A stretch of 64,000 bases of DNA, taken from contig NC_058368.1 in the NCBI RefSeq assembly GCF_018350175.1, positions 183,584,001 through 183,648,000 of the forward strand. The letters are read 5' to 3'. The DNA comes from Felis catus (taxonomy: Eukaryota). Position numbers and translations under genes: made by a program. A model generated the notes under the pieces. It ran no database searches. It saw only the letters and a list, made by a program, of their open reading frames with translations, and had not been told where the DNA came from. Of the stretch, positions 39,373-52,469 are shown piece after piece; position 1 is the stretch's first letter, and every line of letters begins with the position of its first letter.

Positions 39373-39762
39373 AAAGTAAAACTCATATCTCTACTTACAA
39401 AATGCACTAATTCTTCAATACACAGTTCAAGTTCTATTTAGATTAAGGCTTCATTTTTAGCCCTATGGTGATTTAGAAATGAGATTAAATCACCTGAAGC
39501 CATCAAAAATATCCCCTTATCATAGATAATTCCAACCTGCTTCCATGCAGTGCAACTTTATCAAATATCACTATGTATCCATATAAATATGATACATAAT
39601 TTCTTAATGAAACTTTAAAACTTTTTCACAAATAACTCATATGTAAACTCCTAGCCTTCCCCTCCCCCCAAAAAAAACCAGGAAATGAAACTAACATGGT
39701 GACTTCAATGAAAACGTGAAGCTAAGTTTTCAGAATACAACTGTGGTTTCTCAACAGCATAT

Positions 39763-40384
39763 TGTATTAGTCAAGGTACTCCAGAGAAACAAAATCAATA
39801 GAGTATATACATAAAGAGAGAGACAGAGAAAGAGATTTGTAGGAACTGGCTGGTTGTGGAGGCTTGGCAAGTCTAAAATCTGCAGGACAGGCTGGCAGGC
39901 TGGAGACCCAGAGAAGAGTTGATGTTATGATTCAAGTCCAAAGTGAGTGGCCTATTTGAATTCCTTCTTCAACTGAATGGATTGGGCCCACCCAAATTAT
40001 GGAGGATAATGAGCTCTACTTGAAGTCTACTAATTTAAATGTTAATTTAATTTAATGAAAAATAATATAAAAACAGAGGGAATTAAATCATAAGAGATTC
40101 TTAAATACAGAGAACAAACTGAGGGTTGCTGGAAGGGTAACGGGTGGAGGGATGGGCTAACTGGATCATGGGCGTTAGGGAGGGCATTTGTTGGAATGAG
40201 CAGTGAGTGTTATATGTAAATGATGAATCACTAAATTCTACTCCTGAAATCATTATTACACTATATGTTAACTTGGATTTAAATTAAAAAAAATATATCT
40301 TCACAGAAACACCTAGAATAGTGTTTGACCAAATATCTGGGTACCCTGGCCCAACCACATTGACACATAAAATTAACCATCACA
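39763..40384 (-). mobile_element. ERVL solo LTR (MLT2-like), interrupted by an L1 fragment
   Basis: Begins 'tgtattagtcaaggtactccagagaaac' and ends 'ttgacacataaaattaaccatcaca'. Confidence 0.88.
40055..40292 (+). mobile_element. Short carnivore L1 3'UTR insertion
   Basis: 'gagaacaaactgagggttgctgg...aattctactcctgaaat...' plus A tail; similar to the L1 3'UTRs at ~21.4 kb and ~47.8 kb. Confidence 0.88.
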
Positions 40385-41573
40385 TAGATGGAACATTTAA
40401 ATCTAAATAAAGAAGAACTTTGGTGATAACTTTAAATTACTTTTGAAAATGCATGCCTTTTAGTTAAAAAAAAGTATAAAGTTACTGAGTTATGATCAAT
40501 TGATTATTTTCTCAAGTACAGGAAGATTTTACTAATAGCTTCAGAATCCTTCCTTACATTCAGCATTGTTTCTGACATGTTCACTAAATAAATGAGGCAG
40601 TAAATAAACACTCCCAATATCATTCCTACATATTCTATTTAACTTAATATGGCTAAATTTCAAGATAATTTCCCAAACTCATTCTACTCACTAAGTTTGT
40701 CATAGTTGATCAAATTCTGATGTTGATATACCATATTTATATCTAAAAGAAATGACAAGGTATTATCAAACTGAGGTTGTTCTAACTATAATTTAATACT
40801 AAATATCTCAAACATCATCCAAGTGTCTTGTAAGACATTTTCTTAACTGTTAGCCTTGCATCCCGGTTCTAATATTGCATCATCTATTCGCACAAAGGAA
40901 ATGTCAATCACGTATATTTATCCACAAGATTTAGTTTCACTAATAGGAAAACACACACTAAAGATTTCAAAGAAGAATGTAACTCATTACAGGCAATAGC
41001 TGAGAAGTGCGCCATGGTTAGCATTCTACAAATATGTAATCTTGTTATATTGTGAAATGCTATAATACTATGCCCTTTTCTAAAATACAGTTTACTAGAG
41101 CATGACAGGAGGAAGGCAGGAGGCCAAAAACTGGAACAGGCAATTATATAATGTAAGTTATTTTTCTCATTTTTAAAATAAAAATTTCTTTGACTTCTAA
41201 TCCAATCTTTATCATAATATGTCATGCCTAACACCCCTATGGACATAGAAAATTTAATAGTCATGCTTTACTGCATCCATCTATTTAATTGTTTTTCCAT
41301 GAATGGTTTTAAAATTTTAATTTATATGATTCTTCTAACTTAAATGAAATGAATTGAAGTTTATTTCCTATATTTTTATTTTTTAACTTCTTAAACCTTT
41401 CTGTATACAATAGCTTTAGTAAATGTTATGTAGTTGAAATTATTTCCATGTTTACTATAGCTATTATATGTCATTCTAATTTGTTTGGAATTTGCAGGCA
41501 GGATTTGTGAGAATTTTTGTCTGATTTTATGAAAACATATGTTGTATATAGATATAGGATTTCCTTCTTCCAC

Positions 41574-42281
41574 TTTTTTTTAAATATGAAATTTATTGTC
41601 AAATTGGTTTCCATACAACTCCCAGTGCTCATCCCAACAGGCACCCTCCTCAATACCCATCACCCGCTTTCCCCTCCCTCCCACCCCCCCATCAACCCTC
41701 AGTTTACTCTCAGTTTTTTTTTTTTTAAACGATTATTTATTTTTGAGACAGAGAGAGACAGAGCATGAACGGGGGAGGGTCAGAGAGAGAGAGGAAGACA
41801 CAGAATCTGAAGCAGGCTCCCTCCAGGCTCTGAGCTGTCAGCACAGAGCCCGATGCGGAGCTTGAACTCACAGACTGCGAGATCATGACCTGAGCCGAAG
41901 TCGGACACTTAACCAACTGAGCCACTCAGGCGCCCCATATTCTCACTTTTGAAGAGTCTCTTATGGTTTGGCTCCCTCCTTCTCTTTTTTTTTTTTACCT
42001 TCCCCTCCCCCATGGACTTCTGTTAAGTTTCTCACTCTTCATCAGGGAAATACAAATCAAAACCACACTGAGATATAACTTCACACCAGTCAGAGTGGCT
42101 AAAATGAACAAATCAGGAAACTATAGATGCTGGAGAGGATGTGGAGAAATGGGAACCCTCTTGAACTGTTGGTGGGAATGCAAACTGGTGCAGCTGCTCT
42201 GGAAAACAGTGTGGAGGTTCCTCAAAAAATTAAAAATAGATCTACCCTATGAGTCAGCAATAACACTGCTAGGAATTTACC
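41574..42281 (-). mobile_element. 5'-truncated and 5'-inverted feline L1
   Basis: 41574-42034 is an antisense L1 3'UTR with poly(T); 42035-42281 is a sense ORF2 segment ([12 protein letters not shown]...CWWECKLVQ...LLGIY). Confidence 0.92.
41718..41936 (-). mobile_element. SINEC nested in the inverted L1
   Basis: Reverse SINE; degenerate TSD tctca(g/c)tttt. Confidence 0.94.
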
Positions 42282-42427
42282 ATTTTTCAAATTGAAATAC
42301 TTGGGCACTGCAAACTCTAAAATATGTTTGTAAAATTAGGCTTTTAAATATTCTATTATACTATATCAGTCATATCTGGAGATCAATTAATTCAGAAAGC
42401 AAGTTTTATTGAAACTATTTCTGTTTT

Positions 42428-42621
42428 GAGGCACCTGGGTGGCTCAGTTAAGTGTCTGACTCTTGATTTCAGCTCAGGTCATGATCTCACAATTCCTGAT
42501 GTAGAGCCCTGCATCTGGCTGTGTGCTGACAGTTTGGAGCCTGCTTGGGATTCTCTCTCTCTGCTCTTGCCCCACTCATGCATGTGCTCTCTCTCTCAAA
42601 TAAAAGAAACATTAAAAAAAA
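42428..42621 (+). mobile_element. SINEC
   Basis: SINEC head, body and tail. Confidence 0.9.
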
Positions 42622-43566
42622 GAAACTAACTCTGATTTATTAAATTTTGTGAAGTTTTTCCCAAAGTATCAAATGTGATTTTTTTTCTTACTTATTTTAA
42701 TATGTGAATTATATTGTTTAATTTTCTCATACTTTAGATCAATTTCTATTTCATTCCAGAAAAAAAAACCTATACACTATTCTGTAAAAGGCAATAGTTG
42801 AATATATCATGATAGCATTGGTATCCATGTCGTTAACAGACTAAATTATTCCTAATTAATGAATTTTTTGGAAATAAAATTAGGTTCTAGCTATTTATTA
42901 GATGTTGATCTACACATTCAATCATTAATCAGTATAATCAACCAATATTTATAGAACTATATATTATGTATTAATAAGTAAATATTGTAAAAAGAATTGA
43001 GGGTTGGAAAATACACACTGAAATTTATTCATTTGTTCTTTCATTAATAAAATACATATTAAACATCCATTATATATCCATCAACAAGCCACATAATGAG
43101 AATATCCAGCTGAAAAGTCCTGGGCCTATTCTCAAGGACCTAGAAAAGGCCCCTGGAGAAACATCAAAAAGTCACAAGAAACAAAGATCAGAAAAGTAAA
43201 AAGTAAAAGCAAAAGCAAAAACAAAATAAAGTTGTTAGAAACACTTTAGTTAAGCTAAGTATTAAAAGACCATATAGATTCATCCTACATAATCCAAGAA
43301 TACCTAAAAAAGGTAAGGGAAACCACAGCATTTTTCCCTCATTTTTATTATGCTCACAACTTTTTTATTCAAGTGTGTGTAAAATTTTATTGTAAGGTTT
43401 CTTCCTATGAATATATAATACAGCACACTAAGCAGCAGTTCCCATCAGGCTGTTTTTTGTTTGTTTGTTTGACTGTTTGTTTGTTTTTGCAACTATTAAC
43501 AGAAGTGTTATCTTCATTTCTTCTAGTTTGCTTACGTTTTTGAACACTTTCCCTGAACTCTGTTTA

Positions 43567-43930
43567 TTGTCATGGTGAAGGGCTGTTCTATTATTAATCT
43601 GGTTACACCAAACTACATTTCCCATAATCTCTTTCCTTGTATGATTCCAGGTCTGAGATGGATGAAAAGTAAAGTTTCAAGCAACTTGAAAAGCAGAAAT
43701 AAAGCATCAGCCACCATGTTCTGAAAGTTGGTGCTGGTTAGGGGCAAGGAGACACAAAAGTACCAGCAGACACTAGTATATCCTCAGTGTTTCCTGCTCT
43801 ACACCCAGTTCTCCTCAAATGTGGCCTTCACTGACCAAGAGCAAACAGAGGCTCACTATTCCCAGAGCTTGGTTGTGAACTCAAGGAGCTGGTAGCCAGG
43901 AAGGCCAGCAACCTTCCCTAGACTGGCTGG
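43567..43930. mobile_element. Old ERVL-class LTR fragment
   Basis: 'aactacatttcccataatctctttccttgtatgattccagg...ttgaaaagcagaaataaagcatcagcca' resembles old ERVL LTRs; family uncertain. Confidence 0.5.
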
Positions 43931-44770
43931 AGTCTTTTCCAATTCTATTGTGCTTTGTGAAGAAGCAAAGTAAACACTGATAAAAGGACACGGAAAATAG
44001 CTAAATTCCTGCAGGGCCTTATTAAAACTGGGAAGAAAAATCCTTCACAAGATTATTAACCAAAATTTTAGGGTAAGTAGCTAAGACATGCAAACCAGAA
44101 TGTAGGGGCTATTTGAATTAGAAACTGCCTGGATGATTAGACCAGATTTCAGTTTATTATGAGCCTGAAGCCAAGGAGTCGCAGTGCAATCCTACAAAAG
44201 GAGAGAATACACCAAAGGATTAGTTAGATTCAGCTCACTAAGATCGGCCTTTACTTTTTCAAGGGAATAAACACCTTATTTTTAATGGAGCAAAGTTATT
44301 AATTAAAAACATAAGATTTAAGAATCTGAGAGTTCTGTCTTAATTATGGGTAAGTTATCAACTACAGCCCACAGCAAAAACAGAAGAAAAAAAGTGCACT
44401 CAGTCAGAGAGAATGCCTGGTGATGACTGGACATTTTTTTTAACATCAATTCTGTATCTCTTCACAGGCAGGGAGTGAGTTTACAAAAAGTGACTAAAAA
44501 CAATCCCTTGATTTTTTGCGTAAGTCTTCATAATGCTTAAAAACCCAATGTTCTAAGTACAACAAGCAAAAGCACATAAAAGATGACAGCAACAAGGGAG
44601 AAGAACTTGGAGTAGAGAATTCTGTATTTTGCATGGTTTGCATTTAATTTACCATGTACATATATAATTTTAACATTGAAAGTAAAATAATGAAAAATCC
44701 CTGGAATTTATTTAATGTTTTCATTAACTGAAAACAAGTATTACATAACATTTAAAGAATAAAGTTAATT

Positions 44771-44987
44771 GGGGTGCCTGAGTGTGAGTTCAAGAGGTTA
44801 AGCATCCAACTCTTGGTTTTGGCTCAAGTCATGATCTCACAGTTTGTGAATTCAAGCCCCGCATCAGGCTGTGTGCTGGCAGCATGGAGCCTGCTTGTGA
44901 TTCTCTGTCTCCTCTCTCTGCCTCCCACCCCCACCTCTCTCCCTGTCTCTCCTTCTCTCTCAAAATAAATAAATAAACTTAAAAAAA
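44771..44987 (+). mobile_element. SINEC
   Basis: First of two tandem SINEs. Confidence 0.9.
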
Positions 44988-44988
44988 T

Positions 44989-45200
44989 GGGGTGCCTGGG
45001 TGGCTCAGTCAGTTGAGCATCCGACTTCAACTCAGGTCATGATCTCACAGTTCGTGCGTTCAAGCTGCACGTTGAGCTCTGTGCTGACAGCTCAGAGCCT
45101 GGAACCTGCTTTGGATTCTGTGTCTCCCTCTCTCTCTGCCCTTTCCCTGCTCATGCTCTGTCTCTCTCTGTCTCTCAAAAATGAATAAATGTTAAAAAAA
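44989..45200 (+). mobile_element. SINEC
   Basis: Second SINE, starting directly after the A tail of the first. Confidence 0.93.
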
Positions 45201-45544
45201 TTTAAAATACTTTTAAGAAAAGACTCAAGTTAATAAATCCTTCATAACTGTGAACTATGTTCTATATACTACTTTACATCTCAGGAATTTTGTAAAATTA
45301 AAAAATCAAAATATTTATTTTCTTAAAAATGGTCATTTTTATATCTGTATGTTCTGACCTTATTTTACCATATGAGATATCAGTTTTACTATTGTATATT
45401 CCATAGTTCATGCTTTCTAAAATAAATATTCAAGATTTATAGAAGTAATTTATGTTATAAAGAACAGTCAAACATATAAGAGTTACTGGTTGCCATATCT
45501 ACTTCATCAACCTTGGGACTATTGATAAAATCTCACTATGGAAA

Positions 45545-45940
45545 ATTAAATATTGGCCATAATTTTTCAGTCTCCTATAGTAATGCTATGCATTTATACC
45601 CTTGGCATGGTTCCACGATGGGTGAAGTATTTCTACCTGTCCATAAACTCTGGGCATGGCCAGATGAATTTATATGGCCAATGGGCTAATAACAGACATA
45701 CAATAGATGCCTCTATGATTGACCATGTCTTCTTGACCTCCTATCATTACAGTAGAAGACTCCCCAGCTTGCTTGTACATCTAGGGAAGATGAGAGATGT
45801 GGACACAATCTGTAGCTAAAGCCAACTCCAGGTAATTATAGCCTGGATCAGCCAGCTCATAGCCATTCCAAACATGTTTGAGAAAGTATGTCACTGAATG
45901 CTGGGCTGTTTAGTTAAAAAGCATCATTGTGGAAATGTTT
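45545..45940 (+). mobile_element. MaLR LTR relic (MLT1H/I/J-like)
   Basis: 'tctgggcatggccagatgaattt...ggccaatggg', 'agcctggatcagcc', 'agcatcattgtgg'. Confidence 0.6.
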
Positions 45941-45958
45941 GAATGATAAAAATACCTG

Positions 45959-45979
45959 CACATACACACACAGACACAT

Positions 45980-46008
<29 letters not shown>
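45959..46008. repeat. Imperfect (CA)n microsatellite
   Basis: Directly visible. Confidence 0.9.
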
Positions 46009-46012
<4 letters not shown>

Positions 46013-46099
46013 TAAAATAGATGGCACTGGTTTTGAAAACAAGCATAAAGTGACCAGCAACTATTATAAAAGATTAGGGAATTGGTTTAAAAGAATTAC

Positions 46100-47978
46100 T
46101 GTAGAAATGATCCATTAATTCATCAAAGTCTCAGGATATAAAATCAATGCACAAAATCAGTTGCATTTCTGCACACCAATAATGAAGCAACAGAAAGAGA
46201 AATCTAGGAATGATCCCATTTACAATTGCACCAAAAACCATAAAATATGTAGGAGTAAACCGAACCAAAGAGGTGAAAAATCTATACGCTGAAAACTATA
46301 GAAAGTTTACAAAAGAAATTTGAAGAAGATACAAAAAAAAGGAAAGATATTCCATGATCCTGGATAGGAAGAACAAATGTTGTTAAAATGTTAATACTAC
46401 CCAAAGTAATCTACATATTCAGTGCAACCCCTATCAAAATAACACCAGCATTCTTCACAGAGCTAGAACAAACAATCCTAAAATTTGTATGGAACCAGAA
46501 AATATGCTGAATAGCCAAAGCAATCTTGAAAATGAAAACCAAAGCTGGAGGCATCACAATCCTGGACTTCAAGCTGTATTACAAAGCTGTAGTCATCAAG
46601 ACAGTATGGTACTGGCATAAGAACAGACACTCAGATCAATGGAACAGAACAGAGAACCCAGAAATGGACCCACAAACATATGGCCAACTAATCTTTAACA
46701 AATCAGGAAAGACTATCCAATGGAATAAATACAGGCTCTTCAGCAAAGGGTGCTAGGAAAACTAGACAGCGGCATGCAGAAAAATGAACCTGGACCAGTT
46801 TCTTACACCATACACAAAAATAAACTCAAAATGGATGAAAGACCTAAATGTAAGACAGGAAGCCATCAAAATCCTCGAGGAGAAAGCAGGCAAAACACTT
46901 TTTGACCTCAGCTGCAGCCAACTTCCTACTCACACATCTCCAGATGCAAGGGAAACAAAAGCAAAAATGAACTATTGGGACCTCATCAAAATAAAAAGCT
47001 TCTGCTTTTTACAGCGAAGGAAACAGTCAGCAAAACTAAAAGGCAACCGACAGAAAGGGTTAGTATCCAAAATCTATACAGAACTTATTATCAAACTGAA
47101 TACCCAAAAAACCAAATAATCCAGTGAAGAAATGGGCAGGAGACACAGATAGACACTTCTCCAAAGAAGACATCCAGATGGCCAAACAACACATGAAAAA
47201 ATGCTCAACATGACTCATCATTGGGGACATACAAATCAAAACTACAATGAGATGCCATCTCACACATGTCAGAATGGCTAACATTAACAACTCAGACAAG
47301 ACCAAATGTTGGCTAGGATGCAGAGAAAGAGGATCTCTTTTGCACTGATGGTGGGAATGCAAAGGTACAGCCACTCTGCAAAACAGTACAGAGGGTCCTC
47401 AAAAAATTAAAAATAGAACTACCCTACAACCCAGCAATTACACTACTAGGTATTTATCCAAGGGATACAGGTATGCTGTTTCGAAGGGGCACATGTACCC
47501 CAATGCTTATAGCAGTGCTGTCGACAATAACAAAAGTATGGAAAGAGTACAAATGTCCACTGATAGATGAATGGATAAAGAAGGTGTGGTATATATACAC
47601 AATGGAATATTACTCGGCAATCAAAAAGAATGAAATCTTGCCATTTGCGACAATGTGGATGGAACCAGAGGGTATTATGCTAAGTGAAATTAGTCAGAGA
47701 AAGAAAAATATCATATGACTTCACTCATAGGAGGACTTTAAGATACAAAACAGATGAACATAAGGGAAAGGAAGCATAAATAATATAAAAACAGGGAGGG
47801 GGACAAAACAGAAGACACTCATAAATATGGAGAACAAACAGAGGGTTTCTGGAGGGGCTGTGAGAGGGGGGATGGGCTAAATGGTTAAGGGGCATGAAGG
47901 AATCTACTCCTGAAATCCCTGTTGCACCATATGCTAACTAAATTGGATGTAAATTAAAAAATAAATTATTTAAAAAAA
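46100..47978 (+). mobile_element. 5'-truncated carnivore/feline L1 (3' half of ORF2 plus 3'UTR)
   Basis: '[30 protein letters not shown]', 'GTCTPMLIA...MEYYSAIKKNEILPFATMW', 3'UTR and A tail. Confidence 0.95.
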
Positions 47979-48280
47979 TCCTGTAGAAGGATGGACAAAC
48001 AGTGATACATATTGCATAGTGGCAAAATATTACCTGAGATGAATGGGAAGAAAGAAAGTTTATCCAATGAAGTTGTAGAGTGGAGGGAGAATTCAAAACT
48101 AGCTGCATTTGAGAAGGTAGTATAAGAAAAAGATAAAATTAGAAAAAAACTGATTGGTGTGCAAAAAAATTCATCCAGTAACTTGTAGCACTGGGTAATG
48201 AAAGAGTTTCTCACCAAACTAAAAGTGTATTCATCGTCCAAACAATCCAAAATCTTTATCAGCTGCAGGGTGTGGTGGTA

Positions 48281-48283
<3 letters not shown>

Positions 48284-48323
<40 letters not shown>
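48284..48323. repeat. (TG)20 microsatellite
   Basis: Directly visible. Confidence 0.97.
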
Positions 48324-48324
<1 letters not shown>

Positions 48325-48329
48325 TCTGA

Positions 48330-48540
48330 TAATGAGATGTGATACATCATCTGTGCTCATCCATTTCTGACCGACCTTAGAAAAGTTATTTTATCTATAC
48401 CTGCTTTCTCATTTCTAAGCTGAGGATACACAGGGTTGTTTTGAATATATCAAATGAAACAATGTAAATAATTTTTTAAAGGGCCTGTCACATAATAAAG
48501 CACTAGATAATTTTTAAATATAATAGCTATTATTATTAGC
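48330..48540 (+). mobile_element. MIR relic
   Basis: 'gaccttagaaaagttattttatctatacctgctttctcatttctaag...cagggttgttttgaatat...gcctgtcacataataaagcact'. Confidence 0.6.
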
Positions 48541-49129
48541 CATAGGATATTAAAAGTTTGAATATTGAGAGACAGATTCTTTTGTAATGTATTCACTATT
48601 TAGACTTCATCCACCTAGATTCTGATAATACATTAAAAAACTAATTACCCTGAGATATTTAGGTAGATACCTAAAACACTGGAAAAAGACATTAGCTATA
48701 CAATCACATTTGTTCCAATAATCATCCATATTACAAGTGAAAACATCTGTATACTAAGTGCTTAATATAAACCCAACACAGTGCTCAGCATTGTAAGCTC
48801 TATAAACAGCATTTGACTTAGGTGGTCCTTAGCCTTGGGAACGTAGTTGTAAGTACAAAACAAAACTAAAAATGTTCTGAGTTCTTTTACTTTTTAAAGA
48901 ATAATATTATTAAAAAAATCATATTGTATATGAATCGATAACAATTATTGATTCTTTGCCTTCTGGTCTTTTGAGTTTTTCACATCAACTTCCATCCTTG
49001 TAAACCCAAACACTTTTTTCTCATTTGAATGTTGCAACAGAAAATTGTATTCCTTGTCTGTATGAATTTACTCCAAATTTATAATACCCAACCTTACCTC
49101 TAGCTTTACTCCTGCTAAGACTGTTCCAG

Positions 49130-49650
49130 ATACAGTAACTTTTTCCAACTTAGTCATCCAACCACCTTCACTGCCAACAGATGGTATCAATTAATTTTCT
49201 ATTAAATTCACTGTCTCCCATTGACTTACAAATTTACAAATCTAAGGAGCAGTTTTTAGCCATTATTTAACACAGTTAGTTGTCAGTCATTTTCTCCTTA
49301 AAACTCTCCTCCCTAGTATCTTTTGAAGCTACGCTCTTTAATTTTGTCTCCAGGATCTCAATGTTCCTTCTGTGCATGCTGCCTTCCTTTTCTCCTCCGC
49401 TCTGGTTCTTCATTCTTTCAACTTTTACCCATTACATATTTTTCTGAGGTTTGTTTTGGATTCCTATACCTCGTTTACTCTCTACTGATTCCTAAAGAGT
49501 TTTAACTCAGTTCTGTACAGTGACAACTTCCATATCTGTATCTCCCACTCTGACCTCTTAGGCTACAAACTAGATTTCCTATTGCTCAAAAAGTTTATCT
49601 TAAAACTCGTTTTTGTCCCCAATTCTAATTGTTTCCCTTGAAACTTAGTC
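49130..49650 (+). mobile_element. L2 relic
   Basis: Pyrimidine-rich L2-like 'cattttctccttaaaactctcctccctag', 'tgacaacttccatatctgtatctccc'. Confidence 0.55.
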
Positions 49651-49749
49651 TTTTTGTCTATAGTATCACTGGTAACTTTTATTATTTTCCTTTGGATTTT
49701 CAAACCTAGAAGTGTGGATATTACCTATTTTCTGACCATCTATAGCTAA

Positions 49750-49940
49750 AGAGTAGTAAGGGCTCACTGATAAAATAAACTTTAAGCAGAGATTTGACTG
49801 AAAATGAAAGGAAGCAATGCTGATATCTGGGGTGAAGTATTTTAGCCAGAGAGAGAGAGAAGAAGAACAAAGGATCTGAGGCATTGGTGAATTTGGTGTG
49901 CTTAAGGAATACCAAGGAAGTTAGTGTGTCCAGAGAAGTG
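49750..49940 (-). mobile_element. L2 3' relic
   Basis: 'ctttaagcagagatttgactg...gctgatatctggggtgaag...aaggaataccaaggaag'. Confidence 0.55.
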
Positions 49941-50349
49941 GTGACAGATACATTCTCAGAAAAGAAAAGAAAATCCACAGAAAACTTCCAATTTTTCACA
50001 CCTGTCCATTTTCTGCCTGAGGCTGAGAAACAGAATGGCTGCAAATGGGCATGTATTCACATAATCACTTCTCTTTCATTTGTGCCTTTCTTCCCAGGTA
50101 ACTTAGAATGCCTTTGTTAAAAACAACAACAAAAATTTCAGTATAATGTCTCTATTACACCAACATTGTAAACAGTAGTATGTTAATAGTGAAGAGTTAT
50201 TTTTTTTCCAGTCTTCAGATGCAAACTAAGTGTAGAATTGGGAATATCTGAAGTTGAGTATGGCAGTACTGAAGTGTGTGACATGATCTACACGGAACAT
50301 TAATAGATGAAGATTATTCCTCATAAACTTGCATTTCTCCTTTTGAAAC

Positions 50350-50787
50350 TGTATGAAGGAAACCTCATTTAAAATGGGGTCAGGAGACCAGAGGGCAAGT
50401 TCTCACTCCCTAGCAACTCATCACCAGTTGCAGACCCCAACTAGAAGAGATAATACTTGCACTCTGAACAGGAAGAAATCTACTTTGTTCCTTCAGCAGG
50501 AAGAATTTTTCCATGGCCAGTAACAAGTCAGCCAATAAGAAAACACCACAAAGAAGCCAGCAAACATCTCACCACTCTGAGTTCTCTCTTTCCTCCAATG
50601 GACTTCTGTTCAAAGTAGCCCCTTCCAACTTCTTTATATCTATAAATTAATATTCCTATTTGATCTCTGAACTTTCCTATGCTTTGCCGTAGCTTGTATG
50701 GCCCAAATTGCAATTTCTCTGCTGTTCCTGAATAAACCTATTTTCTGGTAAAATAATTGGCTGTTTTATTCTTCAGGTCAAGTAACA
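50350..50787 (+). mobile_element. ERV1-class 5' LTR
   Basis: TG...CA termini, CCAAT (~50532), TATA-like 'ctataaa' (~50640) and AATAAA (50731), immediately followed by a PBS-like sequence. Confidence 0.85.
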
Positions 50788-50789
50788 CT

Positions 50790-50809
50790 TGGTGTCAAAG
50801 AATTCGGAT
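50790..50809 (+). promoter_or_regulatory. Degenerate retroviral primer-binding site (tRNA-Leu-like)
   Basis: 'tggtgtcaaagaattcggat' 2 nt after the LTR; resembles TGGTGTCAGAAGTGGGAT. Confidence 0.6.
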
Positions 50810-50999
50810 CCAGGGAAGACACTCAACAACTCTGAGGCTGGTGAACAAATAGGCACCAGTACCCACTGAACCTACTGAGTTCACTGTTTTCTTATTGATC
50901 CTGGAGTTTGAGGATAAATTTTATCCTGGATTTGAGCTCCACTACCTTTGCATTTTGAGTTTTGTCTTTATTTAGGATCTGTTTAAAGACTTTGTCCTT

Positions 51000-51224
51000 G
51001 GGGCGCCTGGGTGGCGCAGTCGGTTAAGCGTCCGACTTCAGCCAGGTCATGATCTCGCGGTCTGTGAGTTCGAGCCCCGCGTCAGGCTCTGGGCTGATGG
51101 CTCAGAGCCTGGAGCCTGTTTCCGATTCTGTGTCTCCCTCTCTCTCTGCCCCTCCCCCGTTCATGCTCTGTCTCTCTCTCTGTCCCAAAATAAATAAACG
51201 TTGAAAAAAAAATTTAAAAAAAAA
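51000..51224 (+). mobile_element. Young feline SINEC (SINEC_Fc-type)
   Basis: Perfect TSD AAAGACTTTGTCCTT at 50985-50999 and 51225-51239. Confidence 0.97.
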
Positions 51225-51310
51225 AAAGACTTTGTCCTTTCTGTTTTTGTGAAGGCTCAGTCCTTTCTGGTGAGTACACATTTGTTTTTCGGAACCTCCA
51301 ATTTTGAGTA

Positions 51311-51930
51311 ATGGGAATCCAAGCTTCTAAATTCTCTCAGTAGAGCCCCACTTCAGGGACTCTGGCTGATTTTATGTTTGAAAACTCTGGTTCCTCCTCA
51401 TGCACATTTTTAATTGAGTAAACCATCTTGGTTAAAGAAAACTTATAACTTCAAGAGCCATTATGGGAAACTTGCAACCTCCAAAACTTGTTTTCCTTCA
51501 GACTAGATTACAAAGCTCCATCTCCAAAATTAAAACAAACAAATAAACCAGAATAGGTTTAATTGGCATGGAGAAGCATCCAAAAGGTTTCAAAATTCCA
51601 AAATAGTTTCACTGAAAGATTCCTTGCAAAAGGCTAATGAAAAATTAAAGGGATAAAAGGTACCTAACACTAAAGACTATAAAACTGATGCGTATGACTG
51701 TGGTAACTCCTACTCTTCCCCTCCATCTTCCTTTATTTGAGTACTCATTCTAGTAATCCTTTGTCTGAATTGCCTTTCCACTCTAAAGAGTCTATTAAAC
51801 AGTTACCTTTTAAAGTAACTCAACCTGAAGCTTCAGGCAATCCTCAGGTACCTTTTCTCTTTGTCAAAGGCCAAACTAATGGTCATACTTAAAGAATCTC
51901 TTTAACCCAGGGAGGATCCTCAAAAGTTTT
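51311..51930 (+). pseudogene. gag: ERV gag relic (matrix to start of capsid)
   Basis: MGIQASKFSQ*SPTSGTLADFMFENSGSSSCTFLIE*TILVKENL*LQEPLWETCNL/PKLVFL...FNWHGEASKR...PREDPQKF. MG myristoylation-type start; several stops and frameshifts. Confidence 0.72.
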
Positions 51931-52258
51931 GGTAAATGGATTATCTCTTGAGCCCAGTCAAGAGAGGGACAATTTCATATTGTCCCTAACCAAATCCAGA
52001 CCAATTGGCTATTGATCCTTTCTCTTTCAGGGATAGCTACTGCCTTCTTGTTTGTTGCATTTTACAAATTTTGCTTGCTTTCTGCCTGCCTGGGACTTGC
52101 AGGTTATTGATTCTTGCGGCTATTTTAGGGAGTGACTCTAGGTCTTAGGAAGCTCATTTTTTGCACCCTCTTAAGGAAGTCTTTTGGATCCATGGTGTTG
52201 TTTAAGGCTGCCAAAAATATTAACAGTTTCTCCTGACTGAAACCTGACAAGATATTTA

Positions 52259-52469
52259 TTTATTTAAACATTTATTCATTTTTGAGAGTGAGAGAGACAG
52301 AGCATGAGCAGAGGAGGGGCAGAGAGAGAGGACGACACAGAATCCGAAGCAGGCTCCAGCCTCTGAGCTGTCAGCACAGGGCCTGATGCGGGGCTTGAAC
52401 TCACAGACTGTGAGATCATGACCTGAGCTGAAGTCGGACAGTTAAGTGACTGAGCCATGCAGGCACCCC
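52259..52469 (-). mobile_element. SINEC
   Basis: Reverse SINE; TSD agatattta. Confidence 0.94.
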
